This document shows, piece by piece, positions 11,801-24,250 of a stretch of DNA of 46,758 nucleotides. The DNA is taken from assembly GCF_001194135.2 (NCBI RefSeq), contig NC_068981.1, positions 61,747,927 through 61,794,684 on the forward strand. The letters run 5' to 3'. The stretch comes from Octopus bimaculoides (lineage: Eukaryota). Each line of letters opens with the position of its first letter. Position 1 is the first letter of the stretch. The notes under the pieces were generated by a model. It made no database searches and was not told the origin of the DNA. It saw nothing but the letters and a program-made list of their open reading frames with translations. The translations under genes and the position numbers were made by a program.

Positions 11801-13052
11801 AATTGAGATTAAATACCTCGTCAAAGATGACGGCATGAACTCCGGCATGCTGACGCAGTGAGAACACGCTGTATTTCTTCCTGCACTTGTTCTTGTTACG
11901 TCTTACGGTGTTTGCAGTGTTCACAAAACGCTAAGCAGCAGTCGTGATATCAGCGTTTTGATATCCAAGGTGAATCATCACAATACAGGTAACGCTTCTC
12001 CATTATTCAGATGGATTCTAGTCCTACATAGAAGATAACATTTTCTCGACTACAACGTTAACCTTTATGTTCCCCAACACAGTTGACTGTCCTCTATTAT
12101 ATCAAACTGTTCCTAAAAAGGGAGGTATGAAAACAAGCGTCAAATTTAGGCCCGATGAATATTCGCGTCTTCCCTGTATTGTAATATATTATTTATACTT
12201 CATGTTGATGCATCGGGAATTAATTACGGCTTTTTAAGGATGAATGCCGTATTTGCTTGAGTTACTTCTGTTTAATAAAACCAGTGATATTTTTTGCAAC
12301 CAAATCGAGAATTTATCGTACTTTTAAGAAAATAGGAAAGAGAGGATAGATATCACCAGCGTGTGTTTTTAAATGTAGAAAATGGAAGACACGTTCTTCT
12401 ATTATAATGATACAGGAGTGGAAATATCTTCACACTGGAATATATTCAACATATATTCTTACATAGTCGGTTATGTTCCTTATATGCCTATATATTATTA
12501 TGATACATATGTTTTCTAATGTGTTTCTTATGTTTGCGAATGTGTTAACGGTAAGTTGAGTTTCAATTAAGTTGAAATCACAAAAATAATTGGAATTTAT
12601 TTTATTATCAATACAGGTATAATATAAATTCGAATTCACTGAAACATCAAGTATAAAATAAAATTATAAAAATTAATTTAAATTCAATGTTAGAAGTTCT
12701 ACGATTTCTTCTTCGATACCTCGAATGTCATTTAGATTTTTATAAATACTAATTACTTATAAACAACCGCACTCGTATTAGATTATTTTGTTTATGCCGG
12801 AATGCTTATTTTACTTCTTCATGTGTTTTATAAGTCGCGAATTTTTGTTAATATTTATAAACATTTAGATCATGATACACTGAAATAGCGAGTTGTAGAT
12901 GTCTGTCTCGCAACTCACGAACTCTGTGCTCTCCCTAACAGATTATACGTCGCTTGAATAATGTTGAATAGATACATACATCTGTATGTAAATATACACG
13001 TAGTCATACCGAATCAACCATGGGCATATTTGTATATCTATAAAAGGTAAGA

Positions 13053-13328
13053 TGTGTGTGTGTGTGTGTGCGTGTGTGTGCGTGTGTGTGTGTGTGTGTA
13101 TGTATGTGTGTGTACGTGAATGTAATTTATGCACGTCCACAAATTAGTACGCATGTCACTCCAATTTTAGGAGGACATTCGTCACGACCCTAGCTGTATT
13201 TTCGTCAAATTATTTTTCCCAAGGCACCCGCGGATAGCAGTAAAAATCTATTTTCAACCATAACTTTTACCAATTTTTAGGTTTGCTAACATAAGTTAAG
13301 TCGCTTTTTGTCATAGCGAAGTGAACAT

Positions 13329-13384
<56 letters not shown>

Positions 13385-13455
13385 GTGTGTGTGTGTGCGC
13401 GTGTGAGGGATAGAGATTTGTTGTGTGTTGATGTATGTGTGTGTGTGTGTGTGGG
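13053..13455. repeat. Two (TG)n-rich tracts (13053-13112 and 13331-13455) flanking a non-repetitive spacer
   Basis: Direct reading. Confidence 0.9.
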
Positions 13456-13820
13456 AGGGAGAGAGAGGAAGTGAGAGCGTTCACCAAAAATATAAATGTA
13501 AATTTTTTTTCTTAAACACGAGATATAGTCTTCAAATTTAGGATGTTTTTGAAAGACACTATATTTTATAATCAGATTATATAGACTTTCTCACACAACA
13601 ACTAAAATATATTTATTTTAAGTCACTTATTTATTTTAATTCAATCATCTTTCTCCCCCCCTTCTCTCACACTCATACATTATTTTGGGCGCGAAAGAGT
13701 TTTGTTTTTATTTTACGCCGAAGGAAAAAGTGTTTTGTTGAGAATCCATTTATTTAACAACAAGGAAACAAAGATGTGGGTAACAATTTGTCAGTGAATT
13801 ACACAATATAATTAGGTAAC

Positions 13821-14241
13821 ATTTCCGAGGCTTCCACCACATCCTGCCCCGTTTTTCGAACCATAAAAAGGGTTTTGTAGCATATTAGGAGGCCAGGGTA
13901 TTTGATTCCACGCAAAAAATCTGATTTTTTCTTTTTTAGTGAAAATTATGCGAGTGTTTTCTAAAAATTTGCCTGGAATTTTCATGGTAAATTTAAGATT
14001 AAAAATAAATGTTTTCAATATTCTTAATCTCCGTATTTTACCACGTACATCGAAAAATAGATGGTGAAAAGACCAATGGATGTGGGGTGAAATTTCCGTG
14101 GCTTCCACCACCCCACCCCGTTTTTTCGGACCACTAAAAGGGTTTTGTAGCATATTAGGAAGCCAGGGTAGTTGATTCCACGCAACAAATTTGATTTTGT
14201 TTTTATTAGTGAAATTCGTGCGAGTGTTAATCTAAAAATTT
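13821..14241. repeat. Diverged direct repeat of about 150 bp, period 271 bp
   Basis: atttccg.ggcttccaccac...aaaagggttttgtagcatattagga.gccagggta.ttgattccacgc...ctaaaaattt at 13821-13970 and 14092-14241. Confidence 0.93.
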
Positions 14242-14323
14242 ACCAACCTTTTTTTCATTCATTTCTGTTTATGAAATTCTCTTTACGTAATTTTGCTTTC
14301 TCGGTGGTCAAGGCAAATAATGA

Positions 14324-15263
14324 CTGGCAAAGCAACAGTACCCTACTGCTGACATTGGATACAATGACCTGATCTACAATAATGCGCTGATTGAAATCGA
14401 GGATGCCCTGCTCAAAATGTGTGGGGCGGCGTTGAACACATTCGGTTTGCCATCCTCATTGCGACAGGACGTTAACACACTCTCACCAAAGTTGCTTATG
14501 GAGTTGTCGTATGACGCTGATGGCCTTGCGGAGTATCTAAGAGTGAATGAACCGATATTGGTTCCTGATCAGAGGCTGGTGTACGAAACTGTCGTCAGTG
14601 CCGTTGAAAAACAGGCGGGCGGCATTTTTTACCTCGATGCTCCTGGATGTACCGGCAAATCCTTTGTAACACAATTCATTCTTGCTAAAGTTCGTCGTGA
14701 AAAACAAAATGCGCTAGCCGTTGTTTCCTTGGGAATCGTTTCTACGTCATTGCCGGGGGGTAGAACGGTGCACTCGGCATTCAAGCTGCCTTTAGATTTG
14801 GTGCGGGACGAGGTTCCTACTTGCAACATTGGCAAAAATTCAAAGGAAGCTGAAGTTTTTAGACAGTGCCGTCTCATTGTATGGGACGAATGCACAATGA
14901 CCAATAAGGGTGCCCTTGAGGCACCGACCGGTTACTGAAAGGTATCAGGGATTCTACAACTCTATTGCTTTCAGGAGATTTCCGGCAAACCCTTCCTCTC
15001 ATCCCTAAAGGGAGCCAGGCTGATGAAGTGCGCGCATGCCTTAACTTAACTTGTGGCCCCAGGTTAACAGCTTAAAGCTATGCACCAACATGCGTGCACA
15101 CTTGCTTGGTGATAGAACGTCTGTAGCATTTGCTGAAGACATTTTAGCCCTTGGAGAAAGCAAGGTCTCTAGGAATGATAGGGGCGACTTATCCATCTCT
15201 GAACTGTGCAACACCATGGACAACCCTTCCGATCTTTTGGAAACACCGGTCCAGACAATTTGA
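14324..15263 (+). mobile_element. Helitron Pif1-like helicase fragment (pseudogenised)
   Basis: LDAPGCTGKSF (Walker A), GGRTVHSAFKLPL, LIVWDECTM (Walker B), SGDFRQTLP, LCTNMR. Frameshifts at about 14935 and 15045. Confidence 0.93.
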
Positions 15264-16195
15264 GTAAGTTTTGTATTGGTATAGTAAAAGATAAATGGAC
15301 AGTAAAGTGTTTCAGTATCTCTTGAATTACACAGAAAAGAAGGAGATTAATATATTATGTTTATATGTCCTTTATAAAAGAGCGGTGTCTTGCATACAGT
15401 ACATTGTAGAAAATTCTTGAAAATTGTACGCCATACAGAAATAGAACATATTTTTATAATATGCACAGATGCATATTATCAAATGTTGTTACTCCTGAGT
15501 TACCAGACCCCAGTTAATGATGGATACTGTCCTTTCCATATTAACCGAAAAATTGAAATTACATTCGAAGCTAAATGAATAGATTCTACTTTCCAACGAA
15601 AGTAACACGATTATATTTCTTCAAATAGGCATGTCTAAGATTGTAATTACATTACATCTATATTTTCAATCAACTTTTGCTTCCAGCGTAAATGCCAGAC
15701 TAGATATGTGAATTTTCTTTAAAAAAGCTAATTGGCGAATGAAATTATTAACACTGTACATGAATCTCTTTTTAGCTATATGTTTGGAAAGAATTACAAT
15801 AACAAGCACATTGCACTACAACTAATTGCACTACAACTAATAAAAAATATACTTCACCTTGTCGTGTAGTTACTGTTAATACCTCGTTCAGAGATTTAAC
15901 ATTAAATAAAAATTATTTCTTTTAAATAACCTCTAAAACAATTTCTCCGTGGAAGGGATTTCTCAGAAACGCTATAATTATTTTTACTCTTTTAGGTAAA
16001 CTACATTATTACAGACTGCGAAGTGTTTTGCATTGAACTTTGGCATTAAAATTTACTGAGGTTTGTAATTTCGATTCACTTAAGCAAATTCAATTTGGAT
16101 TGAATTCTTAGTTCTCAATGAAAATACATTGTGCTGTGGTCTACATTCACAAATCTTCTTTCCGATCTCTCTCACTTTCCTCTCACTCTTCCCCA

Positions 16196-16281
16196 TCTCT
16201 CTCTCTCTCTCTCTCTCTCACTCACTCTCTCTCTCTCTCTCACTCTNNNNNNNNNNNNNNNNNNNNNNNNNNNNNNNNNNN

Positions 16282-16326
<45 letters not shown>
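16196..16326. repeat. (CT)n microsatellite with internal gap
   Basis: Direct reading. Confidence 0.95.
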
Positions 16327-16329
<3 letters not shown>

Positions 16330-16391
16330 CCATGTCTTTTTCATTTAATCTCTTCTCATGCTTTTATTGATAGCATTATTCCTCTTCACAA

Positions 16392-16607
16392 GGCGGCGAC
16401 CTGGCAAAACTGTTAGCACACCGGGTGAAATGCTTTGCCATATTTCGTCTGCAGCTACGTACTGTGTTCAAATTCTGCCGAGATCGACTTTGCCTTTCAT
16501 CATTTCGGGGGTCGATGAAATAAGTACCAGTTATGCACTGGAGACGATACAATCGACTTATCCCCTCCCCACAAATTTCAGGCCTTGTGCCTATAGTAGA
16601 AACAATT
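16392..16607 (+). mobile_element. tRNA-derived octopus SINE
   Basis: ggcggcgacctggcaaaactgttag (A-box-like), gttcaaattctgcc (B-box-like), core tcgactttgcctttcatc..ggggtcgatgaaataagtaccagt. Confidence 0.85.
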
Positions 16608-17031
16608 CCTCTTCCTTATATCCCTTTTTGCGCCTTAGTGCCCCCTTTCTCTACCTTCTTTTTTGTCTCACCTCTTTCTCTTTAATCTCCTCTTTTTCCT
16701 CCCTTATTTTTGTCTGTTCTCTCATGATGCTCCAAGTCTCTTGCAATACCTCTCTTTAATTTCGCATCTTTCTTTTCTCTCACCCCCTCATTATCCACTC
16801 CCTCTCACTATAGTTTCTCTCGCATTTCTTTCTTATTCAATTATTATTCTATTTTTTTTTATTTTTGCTTTGGTAAAATTACCCATATTTCGGCGTCAGT
16901 TTAATGTTATATGCATACACATATAAATTCACGCACGCACAAACACACCAACAAACATACGCACACGCACACAAGCATACTCATAAACACAATCACACAC
17001 ACACAGACACGCACGCACGCAAACACACACT

Positions 17032-17096
17032 AGAAGAAGAAGAAGAAGAAGAAGAAGAAGAAGAAGAAGAAGAAGAAGAAGAAGAAGAAGAAGAAG

Positions 17097-17133
<37 letters not shown>
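17032..17133. repeat. (GAA)n(CAA)n compound microsatellite
   Basis: Direct reading; it explains the polyE/polyQ ORFs. Confidence 0.97.
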
Positions 17134-17134
<1 letters not shown>

Positions 17135-17767
17135 AACAAGAAGACACTTATTATACACAATGGAAGTATAAACTGTGTATATGTCACAAGTATTTTAGCA
17201 GTTGAGCGTCTAGAATCACCCGTCTACTTTTATCTTTGCAAAAACTCGTCAGACACAACTTTACTCGGCTTTCAACAAGCGCAATTAGGAAGAATACATT
17301 TCGTAATGGAATACAAAAGCAAATTATAAATGGTGCAATGTCAGTAATAAGTACATTTCAAAAAATGTAGCAACATTAAGAATCATTCATAGTCAACATG
17401 TTCTTTTTTAAATTTATATACTGAGTCTGAAGGAATAAGAAGAGCTGTGAATATTGAATGCACCGATAGACTGGTTGGCGTAATACATTCTTAGTTACTT
17501 TTAGATTACCACACAGTAACAACAGCACAGAACACATGAACATAGGAAGGAGTAGGTAGAGGTTCTATAATAATGGTACAGAAAAATTTCTGACATTGTG
17601 ATTAGTGTACGGAGGTGGAGATGGAAGCAATGAGAGTTACGAGAGATGAACAGACTATTTAGTTGTTTAGAGAAGTAAGTCGTAGAGATACGAGAACGTC
17701 TGATTTCTAGGTGCAAAGGCCATAAAACTAATAATAATAAAAAAGGAAAGTGAGCACTTGCAAGCTA

Positions 17768-17910
17768 ACGTTTTGGGTGCCCGTTACGATTAATCAACCA
17801 CGTCTCCATTTTGCATGATGAGATCGTAGTTGACAGTGTAGTAGAAGGGCTTGCCCGGATGTGGCAGCATTTCGTCATTGTTTTATGTATACATACATAT
17901 ATTGAAGAAG
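17768..17910 (+). mobile_element. Highly decayed LINE RT fragment (RTE/CR1-like)
   Basis: FGCPLRLINHVSILHD, then with a frameshift GLPGCGSISSLFYVY, resembling GCP...LHD and G.RQGC.LSP.LF. Confidence 0.35.
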
Positions 17911-18450
17911 TAAATGGTATAGTTAAGCACTTTATACAGCACAAGAAATCAGCGCTGTAATAGAGTCCCATGAATATATAATTAAGAAAGAGAGAAACAA
18001 ATTTCAAAAGTCGGTATTCATATTCATTCAATCCATTTCAAATTGTCGAAATTCTCCACAATATACATAGATGCGTTCACATATATAAGACATGGTAAAA
18101 TTTCATAAAAATTCATAAACATATAAATATGCGAAGATTTACTAATATATAAAAACATTCTTAAACATATAAACATTTATAAATATATAAATACATTTAA
18201 TTGTTTGTGCAGCTGAAGATGGCAGTACATTTAAATAGAGGTAATGATTTCATTGTTCAATTCAATGGGGCCGCTTGAAATGGTCGTATTGCATTAATAC
18301 TTGATATTCTGTTGCTTATTTTTTATTTTATTCACATTACATCGAGCTAAGTGGATAATACTGAACTGACTTAGTTCTTCAACTTAAGTGCCTAAATCTA
18401 CTAAATCTCAGTTATATACAGATGTATGTATCTCTGCGTGGATATTCTTT

Positions 18451-18650
18451 CATTCTTTTATTCTGTTGTTCGTTTCAGTCATTTGACCGCGGCCTCCAAG
18501 GCTTTTCATCGAACAAATTGCCATCTGTACTTATTCTGTTTAGGCTTAGTACTTATTTTATCGGTATGTTTTGCCGAATCACTAAGTTACGGCGTCGTAA
18601 ACACATAAACGTCGGTTGTCAGGTGATGGTGGTGGGGACAAACACAAACA
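18451..18650 (-). mobile_element. Octopus SINE
   Basis: gtttcagtcatttgaccgcggcc...agtacttattttatcggt...gccgaatcactaagttacggcgtcgtaaacac...ggggacaaacac matches a recalled consensus. Confidence 0.8.
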
Positions 18651-18797
18651 CACATACACACATACATAAATATGTACATATATATAACTATGACGGGATT
18701 ATTTTGGTTTCCCTCTTCGAAATCCACTCACATTTATAATCGCAGATTAATTTGTCATCAACAGTTAATGGTAAAGCAGTTGGCCGGAATGCATGTT

Positions 18798-18829
<32 letters not shown>

Positions 18830-18865
18830 TGCAGGTATGTATGCAGGTAGGTAGGTAGGTAGGTG

Positions 18866-19252
18866 CAGATTTGTAAGTTTTATGTATGTATTCTCATGCA
18901 TATAGTTGCCTATCTATGCATGCTCGTATGTAAATTTCAATGATAAACTTTTGGAATGTTTTACAGATTAAACAGTTCCAGTGATGGAATGGATCTGTAG
19001 TCTTCGAATTAGCTTTCTCCATTCTGGTTTTGAGAAGCCTACTTTCTCGAGATTGGTATTTAGGCAGCGTAGCATATCCCAGGGCCCAAATAATTACCGG
19101 TATAAACCTGAACTTGCAATTTGCAGATTTCTCAATATTTCGGCACAGATTTTCTCTATTTCACTGATCTTTAGCTGTATGTTAACATCCGCTGGGCCGC
19201 TAATTTCCACAACTCTGCAGTTTCTCTTCTCTAGCCAAATCCTTATATCAGG
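18866..19252 (-). mobile_element. 3' end of a second RLE non-LTR family embedded in (TACA)n
   Basis: Minus strand reads PDIRIW...VVEISGPADVNIQLKISE.EK..AEILRNLQI...LNTNLEKVGFSKPEWRKLIRRLQIHSITGTV (PD..E..K endonuclease pattern); (ATGT)n lies on both sides. Confidence 0.8.
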
Positions 19253-19589
19253 TATGTATGTATGTATGTATGTATGTATGTATGCATGTATGTGTGTATA
19301 TATGTATGTATGTATGTTTGTGTTTATGTATGTATGTATGTATGTATGTGTGTATGTATTCATGTGTGTATGCATGTATGTACATATATAAAAAGATGAA
19401 TTAAATGTTTAGCAATATTGTTAAACCTACTAGTTTGCGTCGTATATATCACGTGGCAAGGAAGTCAAGCCGTGAAAGGTACCCGTTGGGCTTTGCAGTG
19501 TCGTGGTAATAGGTGTGCTGACACGACGTGTGTTGTTTCACTCTGTATGTGATTTAAAAGCCCGAAAGGTGTATGTGCAATTTAGTCTA

Positions 19590-20510
19590 ATTCAGATACT
19601 TATAATTTACAATCCCAGACTGGCCATAACACCACGGAAGCGACCAAAATATTTGTTGTACGAAAGATGAAAGTGCAGCTGACCGCAGTAAAGTAACCAG
19701 GTGGCACAAGAAATTTCGCTCTGTCTGCAAGAACCTAGGCAATGAGGCAAGATCAGGTAGGCTTAAAACCGTGGATTCGTGAACATCAGTGAAACTTAGC
19801 ATCGCAGAGTCCAGTGTCATTCGTCGGCTTCATGACCTCGGCTAAATCATTCGGAGCTGCCGAATAGAGTCTCAGGAATTGACCTCCAGGTCAAGGCCAG
19901 AAGTGAGTGGCTGTTTTCGAGGAACTCCTGGGATACCCGCATGATCTGTGTTTCCTCAAGAGGGTAATAACGCCTGATGGAAAGTGAACATTTTTCCGCA
20001 GTCCAAATGTGCGTACGCAATGGTTAAGCAAAGGCCAGCTCGCAGAAACAATCACCAACTATCGGCCTTTCGAAGGAAGGTGATGTTCTGCGTCTGGTAA
20101 AATTATGAGGAAATAATTCACTTCGAGTTCGTTTCGGATGCTTGAGCCATCGGTTCTACACTGTACTCCGAACAGTTGAAGCGGATGTATGCCATTATTA
20201 ACAGAAAGGAAGCTCTTCGTTAACAAGACAACGCAAGATTTCATGCCGTTACAACGATCCACAATAAACTCCGGGTACATAATATAATCGAACTTACGCA
20301 ACATCCAGCATCTGATCCTGACCTAGGTCCCTCGGATTATTATTTGTTCCGATTCATTGTTTATTTCCTGCGCTCGCAGATCAGATCGAAACTTTAGTGA
20401 AGGAGCTCTTCACTTCAAAGAACTGGTATCATTGTGAGATGAAAGAACTGAAAGAAATGTGGCTTCAGACAGCGCAACAGGATGACCTCTACTTTGGATA
20501 CAAGGTTGTT
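19590..20510 (+). mobile_element. Decayed mariner transposase
   Basis: HTH: GHNTTEATKNIC...VTRWHKKFRS...RSGR; catalytic region: KVMFCVW, QDNARFH...HPASDPDLGPSDYYLFR. Confidence 0.88.
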
Positions 20511-20628
20511 TTCGATGTAATTTGACGAATATAGGAAATAAGTTACTAACATATTACCAATTCGAGCAAACCGGCCAACAAACTTTGCATAATTTTACGA
20601 TTACTTTTTCGTAAAATTCGCACAACAA

Positions 20629-20720
20629 AAAAATATGCGTGTCTGTTAGCTCCTCGTGAGTTCTTAAAATCCTCGTCGAGTTTATTAATTACTCGTAAGT
20701 GGTTTAAATGCTCGTCGCCA
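20629..20720. repeat. Degenerate 19-20 bp minisatellite with ctcgt core
   Basis: ctcgt at 20653, 20672, 20692 and 20711. Confidence 0.55.
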
Positions 20721-20947
20721 CTGTTATATCCTATTAATGTTAGATAGATATAAGATTCACTTCGGTATACCGTATGCTTAGTAAAACCAGTAAAGACACG
20801 GCTATTTCTGACCGCCTACTACGTATTCTGGTACTTCACGTATTTCTCTTTACTTATAGTGACTATAGTTATTAGAGTGACTTATACTTCTCTTTACTTA
20901 TAGTGAGCATTCGTCAGGTGGGAGGGTTTGCCATTATTACTAATTCT

Positions 20948-21004
<57 letters not shown>

Positions 21005-21010
<6 letters not shown>

Positions 21011-21185
21011 CATTTATTTGTTTCAGTCATCTCACTGTGGCCACGCTAGAGCACCACATTTAGTCAAAGAAATCGATCCCATGACTCATTCTGTCTGCCT
21101 TTATCACCGAACCCCTACGTTACGTGGACCAACATACCAACATAGGCCATTAAGTGATGGTGGGAGTAAAAAGACAAACAGACAC
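21005..21185 (-). mobile_element. Octopus SINE, same family as 18451-18650
   Basis: tgtttcagtcatctcactgtggccacgctagagcacc...aaatcgatccc...gccgaacc-like...acgttacgtggac. Confidence 0.7.
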
Positions 21186-21193
21186 TATATATA

Positions 21194-21560
21194 CTAGCTG
21201 ACGTAATCGGTAATTCCCGGAAAAACGGAGCTTATCCCTTGGTTCCCTTCTCATAGTTTTTTTTCGCTAATCCAATAGCAACAATACATAGTATGTAGCC
21301 CTTAAAACGTTTTGTGCATTTACAGAGAATACCGAACTGTCTTGTTTTTACGAAATACAAATAACCTATGTATAACAAAATCTCCAGCATGTTACCTAAT
21401 AACAGGTTAATCCGATATGAGATAATAGCAATTCAAAGTAAATAACTCTGAAAAAGGGTTTTTGTGCGTTCCCAGAGAATATTACCCCCAGGGGTGCTAG
21501 TGTAGAAATAGATTTACAATGAATGTAGAGACAGACTAACACTTAGTTTTACAGTAGACA
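21194..21560. mobile_element. Non-autonomous Helitron/Helentron-like element
   Basis: Left end a|CTAGctgacgtaatcggtaattcccgg (minus strand: hairpin, then CTAG|T); right end gagacagactaacac...tttacagtag resembles Lep1/DINE-type ends. Confidence 0.45.
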
Positions 21561-23474
21561 TACAAATATATTCGCATATAGATATCAAAATAAAATAACA
21601 TCTAGATTATCAATACATTTACAACTCTTACGGAAACATCAACCAGCTATCAATATGAATTAAGAAAATGCTCCTATATGTAAACAGCGTGTGAACTGTA
21701 AGCGGACAGTACAGATTGCAATGTTATTGATAGATAAATGGCGAAGTCTGTCTGCTTATGTGGTTGTTTGTTACATAGAGTACAACATTACAAATCATTA
21801 ACACACCTACCGATACAAATTAAGGAGTTGTTCCTACATGTAAACAAGATGTGACATTTGTGATGATAGTTCTTCATGCAGCGCTTGCCAATTGGCTGAA
21901 GTAACATGACAGGCATTGTCATCCACGATATATTTGTGAATAAGTCACTAAGCGAAATAAGTGGATCTATTATTTAGAAAAATACTATTTAGTTGTTTAA
22001 GGGTTGTACTTGGTAAATACTAAGAAATAAACATACTCAACTTGATTTATGCATGCACAGTTTGCTAGCATGGTCGAATTTACTACTGGAATATCGTATT
22101 GATGAAGGAAATTGAGTATTATCACTCATAATCCAGAAACGCGTCTACGATTAACTTCGGAATGGTTAGTTTTCATTGTTTTTTCTTTTTGTTTTTGCCT
22201 TGGTGAGTTATAAGTGATGCTATCTGTTGGAGTCTCNNNNNNNNNNNNNNNNNNNNNNNNNNNNNNNNNNNNNNNNNNNNNNNNNNNNNNNNNNNNNNNN
22301 NNNNNNNNNNNNNNNNNNNNNNNNNNNNNNNNNNNNNNNNNNNNNNNNNNNNNNNNNNNNNNNNNNNNNNNNNNNNNNNNNNNNNNNNNNNNNNNNNNNN
22401 NNNNNNNNNNNNNNNNNNNNNNNNNNNNNNNNNNNNNNNNNNNNATATATAACGTCTCTATCAATCAGTGGTTGTAATATAATAATAGAGCATGATGATT
22501 TGTTCTAACATAAAAATATGAAACTAAATGAAACTTCTGTAATTGGAATGTAGATATATTTATATCATTTTTCATTAATCATTGACCAGTATTGGTTCGT
22601 TTGGGAATTGGGATTCGCAGTAACAGTATGTGGCACCAAATTATACCTATTCAATTACTTAGTAACACCGAAATTAGAAATAATGAATGTGCTCAATTGT
22701 GTACATGATAGTAGCTTCCTGCCACTTTTGACTTATTCCTCCAGTGAAGCAGTTATTTTGTCAAGTAATTCCAACGAACCATTTGCTGAATGGTCATTTT
22801 AGTTTTCATATCCAAGTAATTCTCTTCTACCCACTTACTTCTCTGTCAAATTAAAGAAATCCGTCATCCAAATACGACATCGATACGACGCACTAATTGG
22901 CGAACTACCTCTGATCTGAGAACTTTATAATATCATCCATAGGCTATTATAAATCAATGAGATGACAGCAGCAAGTTATGGAAATACATTTATGAAAGAA
23001 GCATTATTCTATGATATTGTCTGAGTATTTCCTCTACAGAATAAGCAATCTCAGAATCTAACTATATTTATAGTTATAGTAATATGGGAAAATAATTTGC
23101 TTTAAATAGTTGTTCTTAATGTTTATCCGCCGTAAGAGTTGTGTTCAAGCAGAATTATCTCTAGCTATAGAACAGTAAACATCTCGTTTTTTTTATTTAG
23201 CAGTTCATGTAAATTTTGTATGTCTACATATTGATAGGACTACTTCTTTTATAAAAACGCTGTGTGATGTCTGAATGATTTATTTTTGCAGGACTGAGGG
23301 TGGGACATTTTTTGACAATCAGATACTCTCATTGCAGTGCTACTAGGTAGAGACCCTCTAGTGATACTATTTTTCTCTGGTCACTTATATAGTTTTATTA
23401 GTAGTAGAAGATTTCATTTTCAGACAGTTTCATCCACATTTTCTTTTCAATATAAAAAGATTACTTGTATAAGG

Positions 23475-24250
23475 TAACCGTCGCACTCTAACGTGAATTG
23501 TTAGAAAGGATCACAAAAGTACATCTAAAATTACTGCAAAGCTTCATGACCACCGCGAGAAACAAGTTTCCACAAAAACTGTTCACTGGGAGCTGCGCGA
23601 AGTCAGATTTCGCGGGAGGGCTGCAATCAGAAAACCAGTACTTTCAAAAACAAACTTTGCAAAGCATTTTGAGTGGAGTAAAAACTTACAGAATTGATCC
23701 CTAGAGCAGTGGAAGAATGTTATTTTATCTGACGATTCATCCTTTACATTATTTCCGATCACCGACCGAGTATATGTTTGGAGTCAGCTAAAAGAAGCAT
23801 TTAACCGAGACTGTCTTCATCATACTGTTAAACATGGAGGAGGTGCTGGGGGCTATATCTGTGGGAGGGATATATATCATGGAAAACCGCCGAAGCAATA
23901 GTTTCCCTTCATGGCAGAATTAATAGTTAAGATTATTTTAAACATTTTATCTGATTAAAATCATCTTATATTTGCAGAACCGTTTCCGGAGGAAACGCAA
24001 TATTTCATGATGATAATGCAACAAATCACACAGCTAAAGCTGTTTCTGAATGGCACGAGGAACATTCTAGTGCAGTTGAACAATTTATCTCACACCCAAA
24101 TCTCAATATTATTGAACATTTATGGTGCATTTTAGAAAAACAAGTAAGGAGTGGAGAATCTCCACCATCCTTACTACAAGAAAAGGAGACTGTTTTCGGT
24201 GGGGAATGGACAAAATTCCTTTCCAGACAATTCAAACTTTGTACGAGTCT
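23475..24250 (+). mobile_element. Decayed Tc1-family (DDE) transposase
   Basis: VSTKTVHWEL..GRAAIRKP, WKNVILSDDSSF, TVKHGGG, HDDNATNHTA, PNLNIIEHLW. Confidence 0.92.

Noticed and set aside
12942-13046. 105-nt segment with strong acceptor and donor
   Set aside because: Stops in all three frames; not supportable as coding, and there is no evidence for a non-coding exon.
16392-16500. tRNA gene
   Set aside because: A/B-box-like motifs are present but there is no cloverleaf; it is a SINE head.
19879-19894. ttgacct-cc-aggtcaa palindrome of nuclear-receptor half sites
   Set aside because: A single short motif inside decayed transposon context; expected by chance in 47 kb.
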